Shown one piece after another: positions 13,697-26,353 of a stretch of 64,000 nucleotides of DNA. The notes beneath the pieces were generated by a model that worked only from the letters and a program-made list of their open reading frames with translations, was not told the origin of the DNA and did not search any database. Origin of the DNA: Macrostomum lignano (lineage: Eukaryota); the NCBI GenBank assembly GCA_002269645.1, contig NIVC01003997.1:1873-65872 (forward strand), in the 5' to 3' direction. Numbering within the stretch: position 1 is the stretch's first letter; each line of letters starts with the position of its first letter. A program made the position numbers and the translations under genes.

Positions 13697-14842
13697 TCAG
13701 GCCGATTTCAATCTAGTTTATGAAGGCCGATTTCAATCTAGTTTATGAAGGCCGATTCCTAGCTAGTTATGAAGGCCGATTCCTAGCTAGTTATGAAGGC
13801 CGATTCCTAATTAGTTATGAAGGCCGATTCCTAGCTAGTTATGAAGGCCGATTTCAATCTAGTTTATGAAGGCCGATTCCTAGCTAGTTATGAAGGCCGA
13901 TTTCAATCTAGTTTATGAAGGCCGATTCCTAGCTAGTTATGAAGGCCGATTCCTAGCTAGTTATGAAGGCCGATTCCTAATTAGTTATGAAGGCCGATTC
14001 CTAGCTAGTTATGAAGGCCGATTTCAATCTAGTTTATGAAGGCCGATTCCTAGCTAGTTATGAAGGCCGATTCCTAATTAGTTATGAAGGCCGATTCCTA
14101 GCTAGTTATGAAGGCCGATTTCAATCTAGTTTATGAAGGCCGATTCCTAATTAGTTATGAAGGCCGATTCCTAATTAGTTATGAAGGCCGATTCCTAGCT
14201 AGTTATGAAGGCCGATTCCTAGCTAGTTATGAAGGCCGATTCCTAGCTAGTTATGAAGGCCGATTCCTAGCTAGTTATGAAGGCCGATTCCTAGCTAGTT
14301 ATGAAGGCCGATTCCTAGCTAGTTATAAAGGCCGATTCCTAGCTAGTTATGAAGGCCGATTCCTAGCTAGTTATGAAGGCCGATTCCTAGCTAGTTATGA
14401 AGGCCGATTCCTAGCTAGTTATGAAGGCCGATTCCTAGCTAGTTATGAAGGCCGATTCCTAGCTAGTTATGAAGGCCGATTCCTAGCTAGTTATGAAGGC
14501 CGATTCCTAGCTAGTTATGAAGGCCGATTCCTAGCTAGTTATAAAGGCCGATTCCTAGCTAGTTATAAAGGCCGATTCCTAGCTAGTTATAAAGGCCGAT
14601 TCCTAGCTAGTTATGAAGGCCGATTCCTAGCTAGTTATAAAGGCCGATTCCTAGCTAGTTATAAAGGCCGATTCCTAGCTAGTTATAAAGGCCGATTCCT
14701 AGCTAGTTATGAAGGCCGATTCCTAGCTAGTTATGAAGGCCGATTCCTAGCTAGTTATGAAGGCCGATTCCTAGCTAGTTATAAAGGCCGATTCCTAGCT
14801 AGTTATGAAGGCCGATTCCTAGCTAGTTATGAAGGCCGATTT
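13697..14842. repeat. 24-bp minisatellite immediately 3' of GON4L stop
   Basis: Unit ttatgaaggccgattcctagctag, about 47 copies. Confidence 0.96.
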
Positions 14843-15492
14843 CTGAAGTTTTTTAAGGCTGATTCCTACAAATTTATTTAGGCCGATTAAAAAATCCTCA
14901 AAAGTTCTATTATTACTCTTGTAGTTTTGCGACCCCAAATCAAGCACTTCGGTTGATAATTGTGTTGCTGTGTCTGCTGCACTATTTACAGTTAAACTGA
15001 ATGCGCCACTTAATATCGCGTTTGTTTAAGTCACTCCGTGCGGTCTGTTAATATGCTGATAGCGCGAGTGCGAGACCGTTTATGCAATTTATAATATTTT
15101 GCCCTTATTGTTATTCAGGTTTAAATAGAAAGCATTTTTCTGCAATAGTAACGAGCAGTTCCTTGTGCATTGAGTCTGTCTGTGTGTGCTCAATTGTATC
15201 CAGCTGACGCTCCTCACTGAGTCCCAGAGTGCTGACTGATAATTCCGTCATATTCTTTTCGTTGTCAATACATTTTACATTGTTCATCCCGCTTGCACTC
15301 TTGCATATTGCATCTGTACTCGTACAAGCGTCATTTCAATTCAGTTTTGTCTGTGCACATTTGTGTTTGTGGCAGAAGTGCACAGACAAACTAAACTTTA
15401 TCATTAATTAATTTTCTACTCATATTCTTTACAGAAAATAGAAAACAGACTCAAAAGGTGGAAAATACAGACACAAGAATTGATAAAATTGA

Positions 15493-16105
15493 CACAAGTG
15501 TAGATGGAAAGGACAGACAAGTATAGATGGAAAGGACAGACACAAGTATAGATGGAAAGGACAGACAAGTATAGATGGAAAGGACAGACGGGTATAGATG
15601 GAAAGGACAGACACAAGTATAGATGGAAAGGACAGACAAGTATAGATGGAAAGCACAGACACAAGTATAGATGGGAAGGACAGACACAAGTATAGATGGA
15701 AAGGACAGACACAAGTATAGATGGAAAGGACAGACACAAGTATAGATGGAAAGGACAGACAAGTATAGATGGAAAGGACAGACAAGTATAGATGGAAAGG
15801 ACAGACACAAGTATAGATGGAAAGGACAGACACAAGTATAGATGGAAAGGACAGACACAAGTATAGATGGAAAGGACAGACACAAGTATAGATGGAAAGG
15901 ACAGACAAGTATAGATGGAAAGGACAGACACAAGTATAGATGGAAAGGACAGACACAAGTATAGATGGAAAGGACAGACACAAGTATAGATGGAAAGGAC
16001 AGACACAAGTATAGATGGAAAGGACAGACAAGTATAGATGGAAAGGACAGACAAGTATAGATGGAAACGACAGACACAAGTATAGATGGAAACGACAGAC
16101 ACACA
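15493..16105. repeat. 25/23-bp minisatellite
   Basis: Unit caagtatagatggaaaggacagaca. Confidence 0.95.
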
Positions 16106-16509
16106 GTTCCCATGCGATCGCCCGCCCTCACCCAGCCAGTTCACTATAGATTTTCAGACTTACATGTATCTCCATGCAGTTTCAACGCAGCAGCCGTGTG
16201 AGGGATTGGGAGCGCGCACAGCTGGCTCTCCTATTCAGATTCCTAGGTTGAAAGTCGAAATGTGCTGCTGCTGGGGTGGAAGCGCTTGACTAAGGCTTGG
16301 AGAGAAAAATGGCTGCTGGCTCTCTCCCTGCTTGACCTTTTCTTCGCTACTACCGTGGAGGCAGAGCCCGCGGGCCTCCAGCCCGCCAGCCCTCTAGCTG
16401 TACACGGAAGTCGGGAAAGTTGATGACTTTAGAAGCTGTGTCATCCCTTGCCATTTTGTTCGCCTTAAACCCTGCCTTACGTGGAACGGTCGCGTTGTTA
16501 AAAAAGAAT

Positions 16510-16945
16510 ATAATAATAGTACATTGTGCACACGAGGGCGGAAAGCCTTCCAACTAACTTCTGCCAGGTGCGAAAGTGACTTCAGTAGGATTGGGTTTTG
16601 GGAACTGTGCTGGTATAGCTGACATTCTTCTGTGTTTATCTCGTTTCAAACGCAGCTCACACACAGGACTTTTCTCAACTTCGAAGAGTCCCCGAATGAG
16701 GCGTAGACATAGATCTTAGGTTGCAGGTCAAGGTCGTGCACCATCAGGCATATACGCTCGTACACGCTAAGGACCTTGGAAAGGTTGGTCTGAAAGCAGG
16801 CGAGGTTTGAAAATTGTTGCAGGAGCTCTGAGACTGGAGCTCCAAATTAAAGTGGCCCACGCGCGGAATCGAACCCGGGTACGTTAGGCGCAAGAGCCAA
16901 GCGCGTTTACGTCCGAACTCCTCCTGCTGGGCCCCTGCCGAGACA
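16510..16945 (-). mobile_element. Diverged tRNA-headed SINE-like element
   Basis: Minus strand shows a tRNA-like head with B box GGTTCGATTCC (16864-16874). It is followed by gccactttaatttggagct, similar to the SINE at 35.8/45.1 kb, and ends gtgtgcacaatgtactattattatatt. Confidence 0.4.
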
Positions 16946-19488
16946 CTATATAAGGTAGTGTGAAAAATAGCTCCATTTTGCATTATGCTACTTTTTAGTA
17001 GCCGTAGTGAAATTTAAGTCTTAGCTCGTACCCGGTTCCGAAATTACATATGATATGGTTAAATACTTTTTAACAAGTATTGGGTTGCGGCTGAGTGCAA
17101 ATTAGGCAACTCATGCCCGACTTTAGCTTCCGTCAGAATTGGCTGAGGCAATAACAGCAGTTCTTCGGTGGTCCTAGTCCTAGCCTCCACCTGCAGGGCC
17201 GAGCGGCCATGTAATGCTTATGGCTCAATAAGACCAATAATATAGTCGATTCTGTTTCCACAACCATTCCAGAACCATTTAGAAAACCAAAACGTTTAAC
17301 CGTTATCTGTTTATAACTTTTTAGAGGTGGAGACGTACTATATGGATTTCTTACTTCACCACATACTTTTTATATGGCTAAAACACTGTATATTAGAACA
17401 GAAGCTGGTGCTGTTGTACTGATTATTCTTAGATGATTCTGGTTCTGGTAATCGCAACGTTTCGAAGATTCCGCAATTATTTGTCTTCTAGAACCGGTAC
17501 TTAAAACAAAAGTTACATGTAGAATATACATTTATTGCTATAAAAACGCACACGCAATTAGACTCTGTGAGTAGTGAATACTATTTTTTATAAACAAGCA
17601 TTATCTAAGTTACTTAATTGGAGTTTATATTCGAATTTAGTGTATGCACACGCGTCACACAATTCGGAGCTTAAAATTCATATTGCCTGTTCCGTTTTCA
17701 GAACTGTGTTCTGGTTCTGGAATTGGGATCGGGAAATTTTCTCGATCCTTTGTCATGTTTTCACTGTAACAGTAAATAATATTTAAAATCGTCTTTTTTC
17801 ACTATTATTATCAATATTATTTTGTCATATCTAGGAGTAAACAAAGTCAAAGAAAGACAAGGGGACAAGATTAAAATTACAACTGTAAAGACTGAAAAAA
17901 CATTTAAAATAGGTTCGACACATATTATTTTACTATCCTACTCAAGAACTAAGCCTAATCAAGTAAATTTTTGAATTTTTGAAAAGCATTTAATTTTTTG
18001 TACCAAGTATAAAAATTATAAATTTCATTAGGCCTAGGTTTAATAAAGTCAAAAATTTAGTTAAAATACGACCACACACACACAGACAGACCATTTTTAG
18101 TATATGGAAATTCATTTTCAGTGAGAGAGAGCCCAGCCATTTCAAGCTTGGCTTGACTTCGAATTAGCATTGCAATTGAAAAAGAAGTGGTCAATGAGTT
18201 AAAAAATATCTAAAGAAGTATTTTTTTCCAATTTGATTTATTTTATGATAGTGAAGTAGAAAGAATTATGTGCTGTATATATTACTGATAAGTAGAGCAT
18301 CTAATGAAAAGGAATACATAATAATAGATACATAATAATATACATCGAATACAGAGGCCATGACCCTCTAATATTGGGAATGCCCAGGACTAGAAGTAAT
18401 ATGTACATTTTTAATTCAAAGTAATTTTATAGAAAGCCTATAGCAATAAAAATTGCCAGATACTCTAATATTCTTAGTTGCTAAAAACTTAATATAATTA
18501 TGCATAAATATTTTTGAGCTATAGTTTTATTTTTGTTTAAAATGAGAATAATTAATACTATTTTAAAAGACATGTTTTGTGAGAAAGTTTTCTTAGAAAA
18601 CTAACTTGCAAAGTCTAATGACTTTTTTAAGGAGAAATTTCAGTGTACCAACTAGGCCTACCATTATTTTTTCTGGCATAATATATTGTACCATTTGGAC
18701 TATGGACTCTGAGCTAAAAGAGCAAAGTATTAATATATACTTTGAAAAAAAGTCATATGTTATATTGCTAAAAATTGCTATTTCCATTAAAATGGCCACA
18801 TAGATATGGGTCCTATAAAACTCTTTTATCTTAAGGCACTATGCTCTATGGGCTTCTAGATAAGAAGCCACCAATGCTATATACCTCATTGCTATTTAGG
18901 TAAAAGATTTTGTAAGCTGTTCTAATGAGGTGCAATGTGCCTAAGGTAATTGGCAAAAATGCCTATCTGGAAAAGTATATATACAACTAACTGGCTAACA
19001 AGGCATTTAGAGTTAATAATACAGTTATAGTTACTCCTGCCATTTACCCAAAGTTATGTTAATTTTGCTTAGGTTTCTTTCATAGGTAAGTTGCATTTTT
19101 GGTTAATGTAAAAGTCCCATGGCTGATATAAATCAGGGGGTTTGCGCATGTATGCTAACTACCATATGCTCATAGCATGCAATGTTGTCACAATATTCAC
19201 ATTAAGTTCAGCTAATGGCTAGTCAAAATAAATTCATATTAATGAGTGATTGCCTTGATAGTTTGTTAATTGAAAGGGATACAACCTAGGGACACCACGT
19301 GGTGGAAATATGTATGTACATATGTATAGTTAGTCAACCTGGTCTATTTCATCACTTGATTATGTATGGATACCTTAAATTAGGTCTTTCTACATAAGTT
19401 TTATAGACTAAAGAATTTTCTGTAAAAGTCATTCAACATTCGTTCTCCATTCACACTGCAGTGCTAGTCCACCCCACACAACAACAAA

Positions 19489-20927
19489 ATGAACATCTTT
19501 CGCCTCATTGGCGACATGAGCCATCTGGCTGCTATTCTGATCTTGCTGGCCAAAATCTGGCAAACTAGATCTGTCAGCGGGATATCAGGCAAATCTCAAG
19601 TGCTGTTTGGTCTGGTGTTTGTAACTCGCTATCTGGATTTGTTCACCAGCTTTGTGTCCATCTACAACAGCGTTATGAAGGTGAGATTAGAGCAGTCAGG
19701 TGTGATCCTTAGCTCACTGCTGCCCCCTCCCTCAGCTCACTGTTATTCTCTCCTTCAGGTCACTTCTATCCCCTCCTTCAGGTCACTGCTATCCCCTCCT
19801 TCAGGTCACTTCTTTCCCCTCCTTCAGGTCACTTCTATCCCCTCCTTCAGGTCACTTCTATCCCCTCCTTCAGGTCACTTCCATCCCCTCCTTCAGGTCA
19901 CTGCTATCCTCTCCTTCAGGTCACTTCTATCCCCTCCTTCAGGTCACTTCTATCCCCTCCTTCAGGTCACTTCTATCCCCTCCTTCAGGTCACTGCTATC
20001 CTCTCCTTCAGGTCACTTCTATCCCCTCCTTCAGGTCACTTCTATCCCCTCCCTCAGCTCACTGCTGCCCTCTCCCTCAGCTCACTGTTATCCTCTCCTT
20101 CAGGTCACTTCTATCCCCTCCTTCATGTCACTGCTATCCCCTCCTTCAGGTCACTTCTATCCCCTCCTTCAGGTCACTGCTATCCCCTCCTTCAGGTCAC
20201 TTCTATCCCCTCCTTCAGGTCACTGCTATCCCCTCCTTCAGGTCACTTCTATCCCCTCCTTCAGGTCACTGCTATCCCCTCCTTCAGGTCACTGCTATCC
20301 CCTCCTTCAGGTCACTTCTATCCCCCCCCCCTCCTTCAGGTCACTGCTGCCCCCTCCCTCAGCTCACTGCTGCCCCCTCCCTCAGCTCACTGTTATCCAC
20401 TCCTTCAGATCACTGCAATCCCATTTTGGCTAAAATTCAAGAACTCAACCTTTTCTTACGCACCAAAATATCCCAAACAGATAGTGTTCATCTTTGCCAC
20501 CTGGCTAACCGTGTCCCTAATCTATTGGAAATTCCGTTCCACTTACGACGGCAATCACGACACGTTTCGAGCCGAACTACTAGTAGTAGTCTCCGCCGGC
20601 CTATCCGTGCTATTGAACCACCAGCTGGCCCCGCTGGAGGTGCTGTGGACTTTCAGCATCTACCTGGAGTCCGTGGCCATCCTGCCGCAGCTGTTTCTCA
20701 TTAGCAAAACTGGGTCGGCAGACACCATCACGTCTCACTACCTGTTCGGCCTGGGCTCCTACCGGGCTTTCTACATACTGAACTGGATCTACCGCTACAT
20801 GGTTGAGGACTTCTTCGATCCTATCGCCGTGGTGGCTGGCTGCGTTCAGACCATCCTGTATGCCGACTTCTTCTATATCTACGTGACCAAAGTGGTTCGC
20901 GGAAAATCCACTCAGATTGAAGTTTAG
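19489..20927 (+). CDS. KDELR: ER lumen protein-retaining (KDEL) receptor, 212 aa
   Basis: Exons 19489-19680 ([24 protein letters not shown]...SGKSQ.LF..VF.TRYLDLF...VMK) and 20481-20927 (IVFIFAT...[10 protein letters not shown]...[17 protein letters not shown]...[22 protein letters not shown]...[12 protein letters not shown]). Phase-0 intron gtgaga...aaacag. Confidence 0.97.
19710..20412. repeat. 23-bp minisatellite filling the KDELR intron
   Basis: Unit cttcaggtcacttctatcccctc, about 30 copies. A variant block recurs near 19711, 20056 and 20361. Confidence 0.95.
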
Positions 20928-22464
20928 AGCGGGACAGATAATCTCAACAATAAACTACCGAATTAAGGAGCAAATTAGACCGAAATTTCAATCGTATAAA
21001 TTCGCTAATCGGATTCTTTCTTGTCTTCCCTGCTTAAGGTGTTGTCCGTACGTTTGACTCAAAAATCTTTATATATTTCCTACTTGTTAGACTGCACTGA
21101 ATTCTTAGAATCCAATACCCCAACTCGCTTTAATAGCAGTTGTGTCAAATATTGTTTTGTATTATGAGTTAAAACTAATAATATTCTTTTTATCATTAAA
21201 TACACGACTAACTGTTTGTTTAAGTGCACTGGTTTCTTGGAAAGTATATTTATTCTTTTTCAAATTCCCCGCCGGTGTTAGCAGTCCAGTTTATCTCGCT
21301 AATCGCTGTGTAAAATACGAATGCGCTTCCCCTGTTTGCTCAGTTGGTGTCCAGCTGGTCTTTTCTCGATATAAGAAATTGGCTTTGATTTAATTTAGCT
21401 TCGCGCGGTCGCTCTACTCTTCCTTCCTCTGCGTTTCTAGTCCGTAATTGGAGTTTTTGTTTGTTTTTACAAATCCTGTTCGCTTCAGTCGCCTTATTAT
21501 CTGCTCATTGATGGCATATCATTAGGCTTATATCGTCTCTTTATTGTTTTGCCTGATTCGCTTTAGGAATTTGAATTATTTTAAATCTCAGAAGGCTCTC
21601 ATTATCCCCACAGTGAGTAGTATGCAGTGCAAATTTATTTATATAGAATGGACAGAATTCTCAGTTGTCACCACGTTGGTTGGCCTTGTGCGGTAACTGC
21701 TACTAAATGTTAAAAGATTTGACTTTTTTGTTCTTCAAATTGGGTCGCTTATTAACGATAGAACTACCCGAGGGGTAAAGTGTGAATTGCACGACAACCC
21801 ACCGTCCGATTTTCGAGCACAAGCCACAAATGAATGTTGCTGCGCGCGGGTCTAATTTATTTTTTTCTTGTGTCTTGGCGCTTGCACTCAAATGCCGGTT
21901 CTGGAATCCTGCATGTCCTGTGGCCAATTCAAAGCCGGTGCATACTACTTACTGATTTTAAGTAGAGAAATCCAGACATTGTCGCCGCAGCGGGGCCCGC
22001 TGGTCAGAGAGAGACAGTAAGCTTGACAGCTTTGCAAGCAAGGTGCTTCAAGTCGCAATACTTAAATTCCGTTCATTCCATATTTTCTATATCTGGTAAT
22101 CCTATCTGCGCCCCTTGGCGTTGCCTTGTTGCGAATTCCCTTTGCCAGCGGAAACTCTCTCCGCCTCTCGGTTTGGTTTCCAAGGCGTTGCGGCGTCCGT
22201 CCAAGGAGACTTTGAAACTTGAATCAAGGTCTAGATTGCCAATTCTTCCCTAAAACGAAAAAATGACTGCAGTTTTCTGCCAAGTTTTAAAAGCCCTTCG
22301 AAGAAATTTCGATGTCACCACTTTTATTTTTTAGATTTGCGCAGTCGTGATGTGGTATAGTTTTTATTCAGACATTTGACGGCTTGTTGCCGGCACAATA
22401 TTAAATGATTGCGGCTAAAATCTTAGCAGCTTCATAATTTCCCTTTGATATTTGCAAAATCTTT

Positions 22465-22948
22465 GTCTGTGGCGCTAAATTGGCGCTGAAATCTTGTGTG
22501 TGGCGCTAAATTGACGCTAGAATCTTTGTCTGTGGCGCTAAATTAGCGCTAAAATCTTGTATGTGGCGCTAAATTGACGCTAGAATCTTTGTCTGTGGCG
22601 CTAAAATCTTTGTCTGTGGCGCTAAATTAGCGCTAAAATCTTGTATGTGGCGCTAAATTGACGCTAGAATCTTTGTCTGTGGCGCTAAATTGGCGCTAAA
22701 ATCTGTATGTGGCGCTAAATTGACGCTAGAATCTTTGTGGCGCTAAATTAGCGCTAAAACCTTTGTCTGTGGCGCTAAATTAGCGCTAAAATCTTGTATG
22801 TGGCGCTAAATTGACGCTAGAATCTTTGTCTGTGGCGCTAATTAGCGCTAAAATCTTGTATGTGGCGCTAAATTGACGCTAGAATCTTTGTCTGTGGCGC
22901 TAAATTAGCGCTAAAACCTTTGTATGTGGCGCTAAATTAGCGCTAAAA
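22465..22948. repeat. 31/32-bp minisatellite
   Basis: Units tggcgctaaattgacgctagaatctttgtctg / tggcgctaaattagcgctaaaatcttgtatg. Confidence 0.92.
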
Positions 22949-23932
22949 TATTCTGTGCTTGTAAAGTCTCACAGTCCAGAGAATATCAACTAAGAGTTGC
23001 ATAAATGTTTCAGTTTTAATAACTAGAAGCGGAAGAGCTATCAATGGCACACCAGATTCTGGCTGAAGACCTCCTTGACTTGAAGCGGCGCGCAAAGCAA
23101 ACAAGGCTCTGTTTGTTTAGAATGGGGGGGGGGGAAGCCGGGGCTCCGAAGCCAGGCCGAGAGACTGAGTGGAAACTTTCCCCGTCAAGTGACAACTTCA
23201 GCTTCCCAACTCTTTTAAAAGAATTCTATGCATCGTAGAGACAGACAGACGGATAGAGTAGGTGGAAGGTATTAAGGAGCGATATAATATGTATATATAT
23301 GAAATAATTTGGGGTTTCGCGGGCCCCGTCTTGCCTGCCTGCCCATCAGGCGCCGCATGGCTGAAGGAAAACAGGCGGCTCGGCGTGTGTCCGATCGAGG
23401 CCGGTGCAGCGGGGCCAGGGACCACCCTTAGCCTGGCTTCATGCTGCTGCTGCGTGTGTGGGATTCGGGATTGCCGAGTTGAAACTGCCGCTCAGCGGGA
23501 CGTCTTCATACCGCGTTCTGCGTCCCGCATTAAAGATCTTCCACGTTGTTCTCTTCGAATTTCTGCATCTCTCTCTCCATGCTTTCAGGGTGCTGATACG
23601 GCAGAAAAGTGAAGTGGAGACAAACCTGGCTTGGAAGGATTAAGTGACTGATTATGAAGGTGCACAGATTTTTTATGTAGCGTCCTTAATTCGATTCTGC
23701 GAAGATTGTCTGCCCTGTTGACTTGCTAAACTGCTCGATGCGCTGGAGTTGTAGCGAACATGGCTCGTGGCCCGAATTCTGTGTCTACTGTAGCAACATT
23801 TTTTCGCGCTTAGCTGTTTAAATTGTTCGAATTTCATTGAAAAGAATATGCCGGTTTTTTACACTTGCTCCCATTTTGCAGGGGATTCTGGTTGGAAATG
23901 TCTCGTCCCACTGCACATTAGTGAGTCTTAAG

Positions 23933-23973
23933 TAACTGACTGACTGACTGACTGACTGACTGACTGACTGACT

Positions 23974-24005
<32 letters not shown>

Positions 24006-24110
24006 GACTGACTGACTGACTCACTGACTGACTGACTCACTCACTGACTCACTGACTGACTGACTAACTATCTAACTAACTAAATAACTAACTAACTGAC
24101 TAACCAACGA
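23933..24110. repeat. (GACT)n/(AACT)n microsatellite
   Basis: Direct inspection. Confidence 0.9.
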
Positions 24111-25044
24111 AGGAACGAACTAAAAAATAACTAATTCACTCACTCGCTCTTACTCGCTATGTAAAGATTTACTGACATCCTCAAAAAATAGCGGAGCCTG
24201 AGTACGCTCGTACAAAGGGAACAGCGACTATGTCATCAAAGGCAAGAAACCCAGCGGAGGGAACAGGTGGAGGCAGACATCCTGGAGGATTGAATGAATG
24301 CCGCATGCGCGGGCGCCTCTCCAGAACACCTGAGGCCTCCTTCAGTTCAGAACAGAATCCGGAAGCATTGAGTAGCGCAGAGATTCTGAGAGCTGAGTCA
24401 GGGCTCGGCCGTTTGACAAGGGATCAGCCTGAAAATCCGGAAGAGTCGGTGCGTTCGACGGTGAGGGTCTGGGAGACTCGAGACAATCTTCCCATGCCTC
24501 CTGGTCACCCGGCAACAACACTGGGGAGTGGGGGGGGCTTTGAAACACTAGCCTCAGCCCGGCTTGGATGTCCCAGTTCCGTGTTTATCCCTGTATTCGG
24601 TGAGTTGCCCCCCGCGCTGGGCAAGTTCCGCGGAGATTCGAATGGGAAGTGAGAAAGACAGGATATCGGATGGGGAGACTGGCAGGCAGGCCTTTTCAGC
24701 ACGTGATGCCGAATATAAAGAGACTTCGTGCGAAGAAGGAGGTTCATGACAGGGCATGGATGGCGCAAGCTGCATTCCCTTGGCTTGGGTGGTCGCATCG
24801 CCCGCTAACTATGCCACTTAGCAAAGCTGAAGTCCCTGCATGGGCGGACTGCCCCCTGCTTTGATATTCTTCACCGTGTCTCTCATCTGCCTGTCTGTCT
24901 GTCCGAGTCTTTTTTTATCTTATAGAAATTCCTTTCCAACCGGCTTTATAATGCCGATTTTCTTGTGCTGGTCAAGCTTAAAACTGATGGCCGGAAAGCT
25001 TTCCGCCAGTTTTAGTAAGAGTTTTAAGCATAGATTAGTGCTAG

Positions 25045-25335
25045 TGTCTGTCTGTCTGTCTGCCTGTCTATGTCTGTCTGTCTGTCTGTCTATGTCTGTC
25101 TGTCTGTCTGTCTGCCTGTCTATGTCTGTCTGCCTGTCTGTCTGCCTGTCTATGTCTGTCTGTCTGTCTGTCTGCCTGTCTATGTCTGTCTGCCTGTCTA
25201 TGTCTGTCTGTCTGCCTGTCTGTCTGTCTGCCTGTCTGTCTGTCTGCCTGTCTGTCTGTCTGTCTGTCTGCCTGTCTATGTCTGTCTGTCTGTCTGTCTG
25301 CCTGTCTGTCTGTCTGTCTGCCTGTCTATCTGTCC

Positions 25336-25381
<46 letters not shown>

Positions 25382-25388
25382 GTCTGTC

Positions 25389-25421
<33 letters not shown>

Positions 25422-25434
25422 GTCTGTCTGTCTG

Positions 25435-25493
<59 letters not shown>

Positions 25494-25524
25494 GTGTCTA
25501 TCTTTCTGTCTGTCTGTCTGCCTG

Positions 25525-25557
<33 letters not shown>

Positions 25558-25638
25558 GCCTGCCTGCCTGCCTGTCTGTCTGTCTGTCTGTCTGTCTGCC
25601 TGTCTGTCTGTCTGTCTGTCTGTCTTTGCGTCTGTCTG

Positions 25639-25683
<45 letters not shown>

Positions 25684-26156
25684 TTGCGTCTGTCTGTGTC
25701 TGTCTGTCTGTCTTTGCGTCTGTCTGTGTCTGTCTGTCTGTCTTTGCGTCTGTCTGTGTCTGTCTGTCTTTGTGTCTGTCTGTCTGCCTGTCTGCCTGTC
25801 TGTCTGTCTGTCTGCCTGTCTGCCTGTCTGTCTGTCTTTGCGTCTGTCTGTGTCTGTCTGCCTGTCTGTCTTTGCGTCTGTCTGTGTCTGTCTGCCTGTC
25901 TGTCTTTGCGTCTGTCTGTGTCTGTCTGCCTGTCTGTCTTTGCGTCTGTCTGTGTCTGTCTGTCTGTCTTTGCGTCTGTCTGTGTCTGTCTGTCTGTCTT
26001 TGCGTCTGTCTGTGTCTGTCTGTCTGCCTGTCTGTCTGTCTTTGCGTCTGTCTGTGTCTGTCTGCCTGTCTGTCTTTGCATCTGTCTGTGTCTGTCTGCC
26101 TGTCTGTCTTTGCGTCTGTCTGTGTCTGTCTGCCTGTCTGTCTTTGCGTCTGTCTG

Positions 26157-26197
<41 letters not shown>

Positions 26198-26216
26198 TTG
26201 CGTCTGTCTGTCTGTC

Positions 26217-26249
<33 letters not shown>

Positions 26250-26316
26250 GTCTGTCTGTCTGTCTGTCTTTGCGTCTGTCTGTCTGTCTCTGTCTGTCTG
26301 TCTGTCTGTCTGTCTG

Positions 26317-26352
<36 letters not shown>
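25045..26352. repeat. Compound (TCTG)n microsatellite with tttgcg-interrupted higher-order units
   Basis: Direct inspection. Confidence 0.97.

Positions 26353-26353
<1 letters not shown>

Noticed and set aside
16852-16930. Functional tRNA gene
   Set aside because: The B box is present, but the T-stem has a mismatch, the A box and acceptor stem are poor, and it continues into SINE-like body sequence.
17266-17722. 12-bp inverted repeat (attccagaacca / tggttctggaat) as an old MITE
   Set aside because: Short, no TSD, and the same motif recurs internally; not distinguishable from chance in AT-rich DNA.
19060-19110. Spliced-leader RNA gene (donor GTAAGT followed by Sm-like ATTTTTGG)
   Set aside because: The putative leader does not end in the ATG typical of flatworm SLs, there is no evident stem-loop architecture, and it is single copy.
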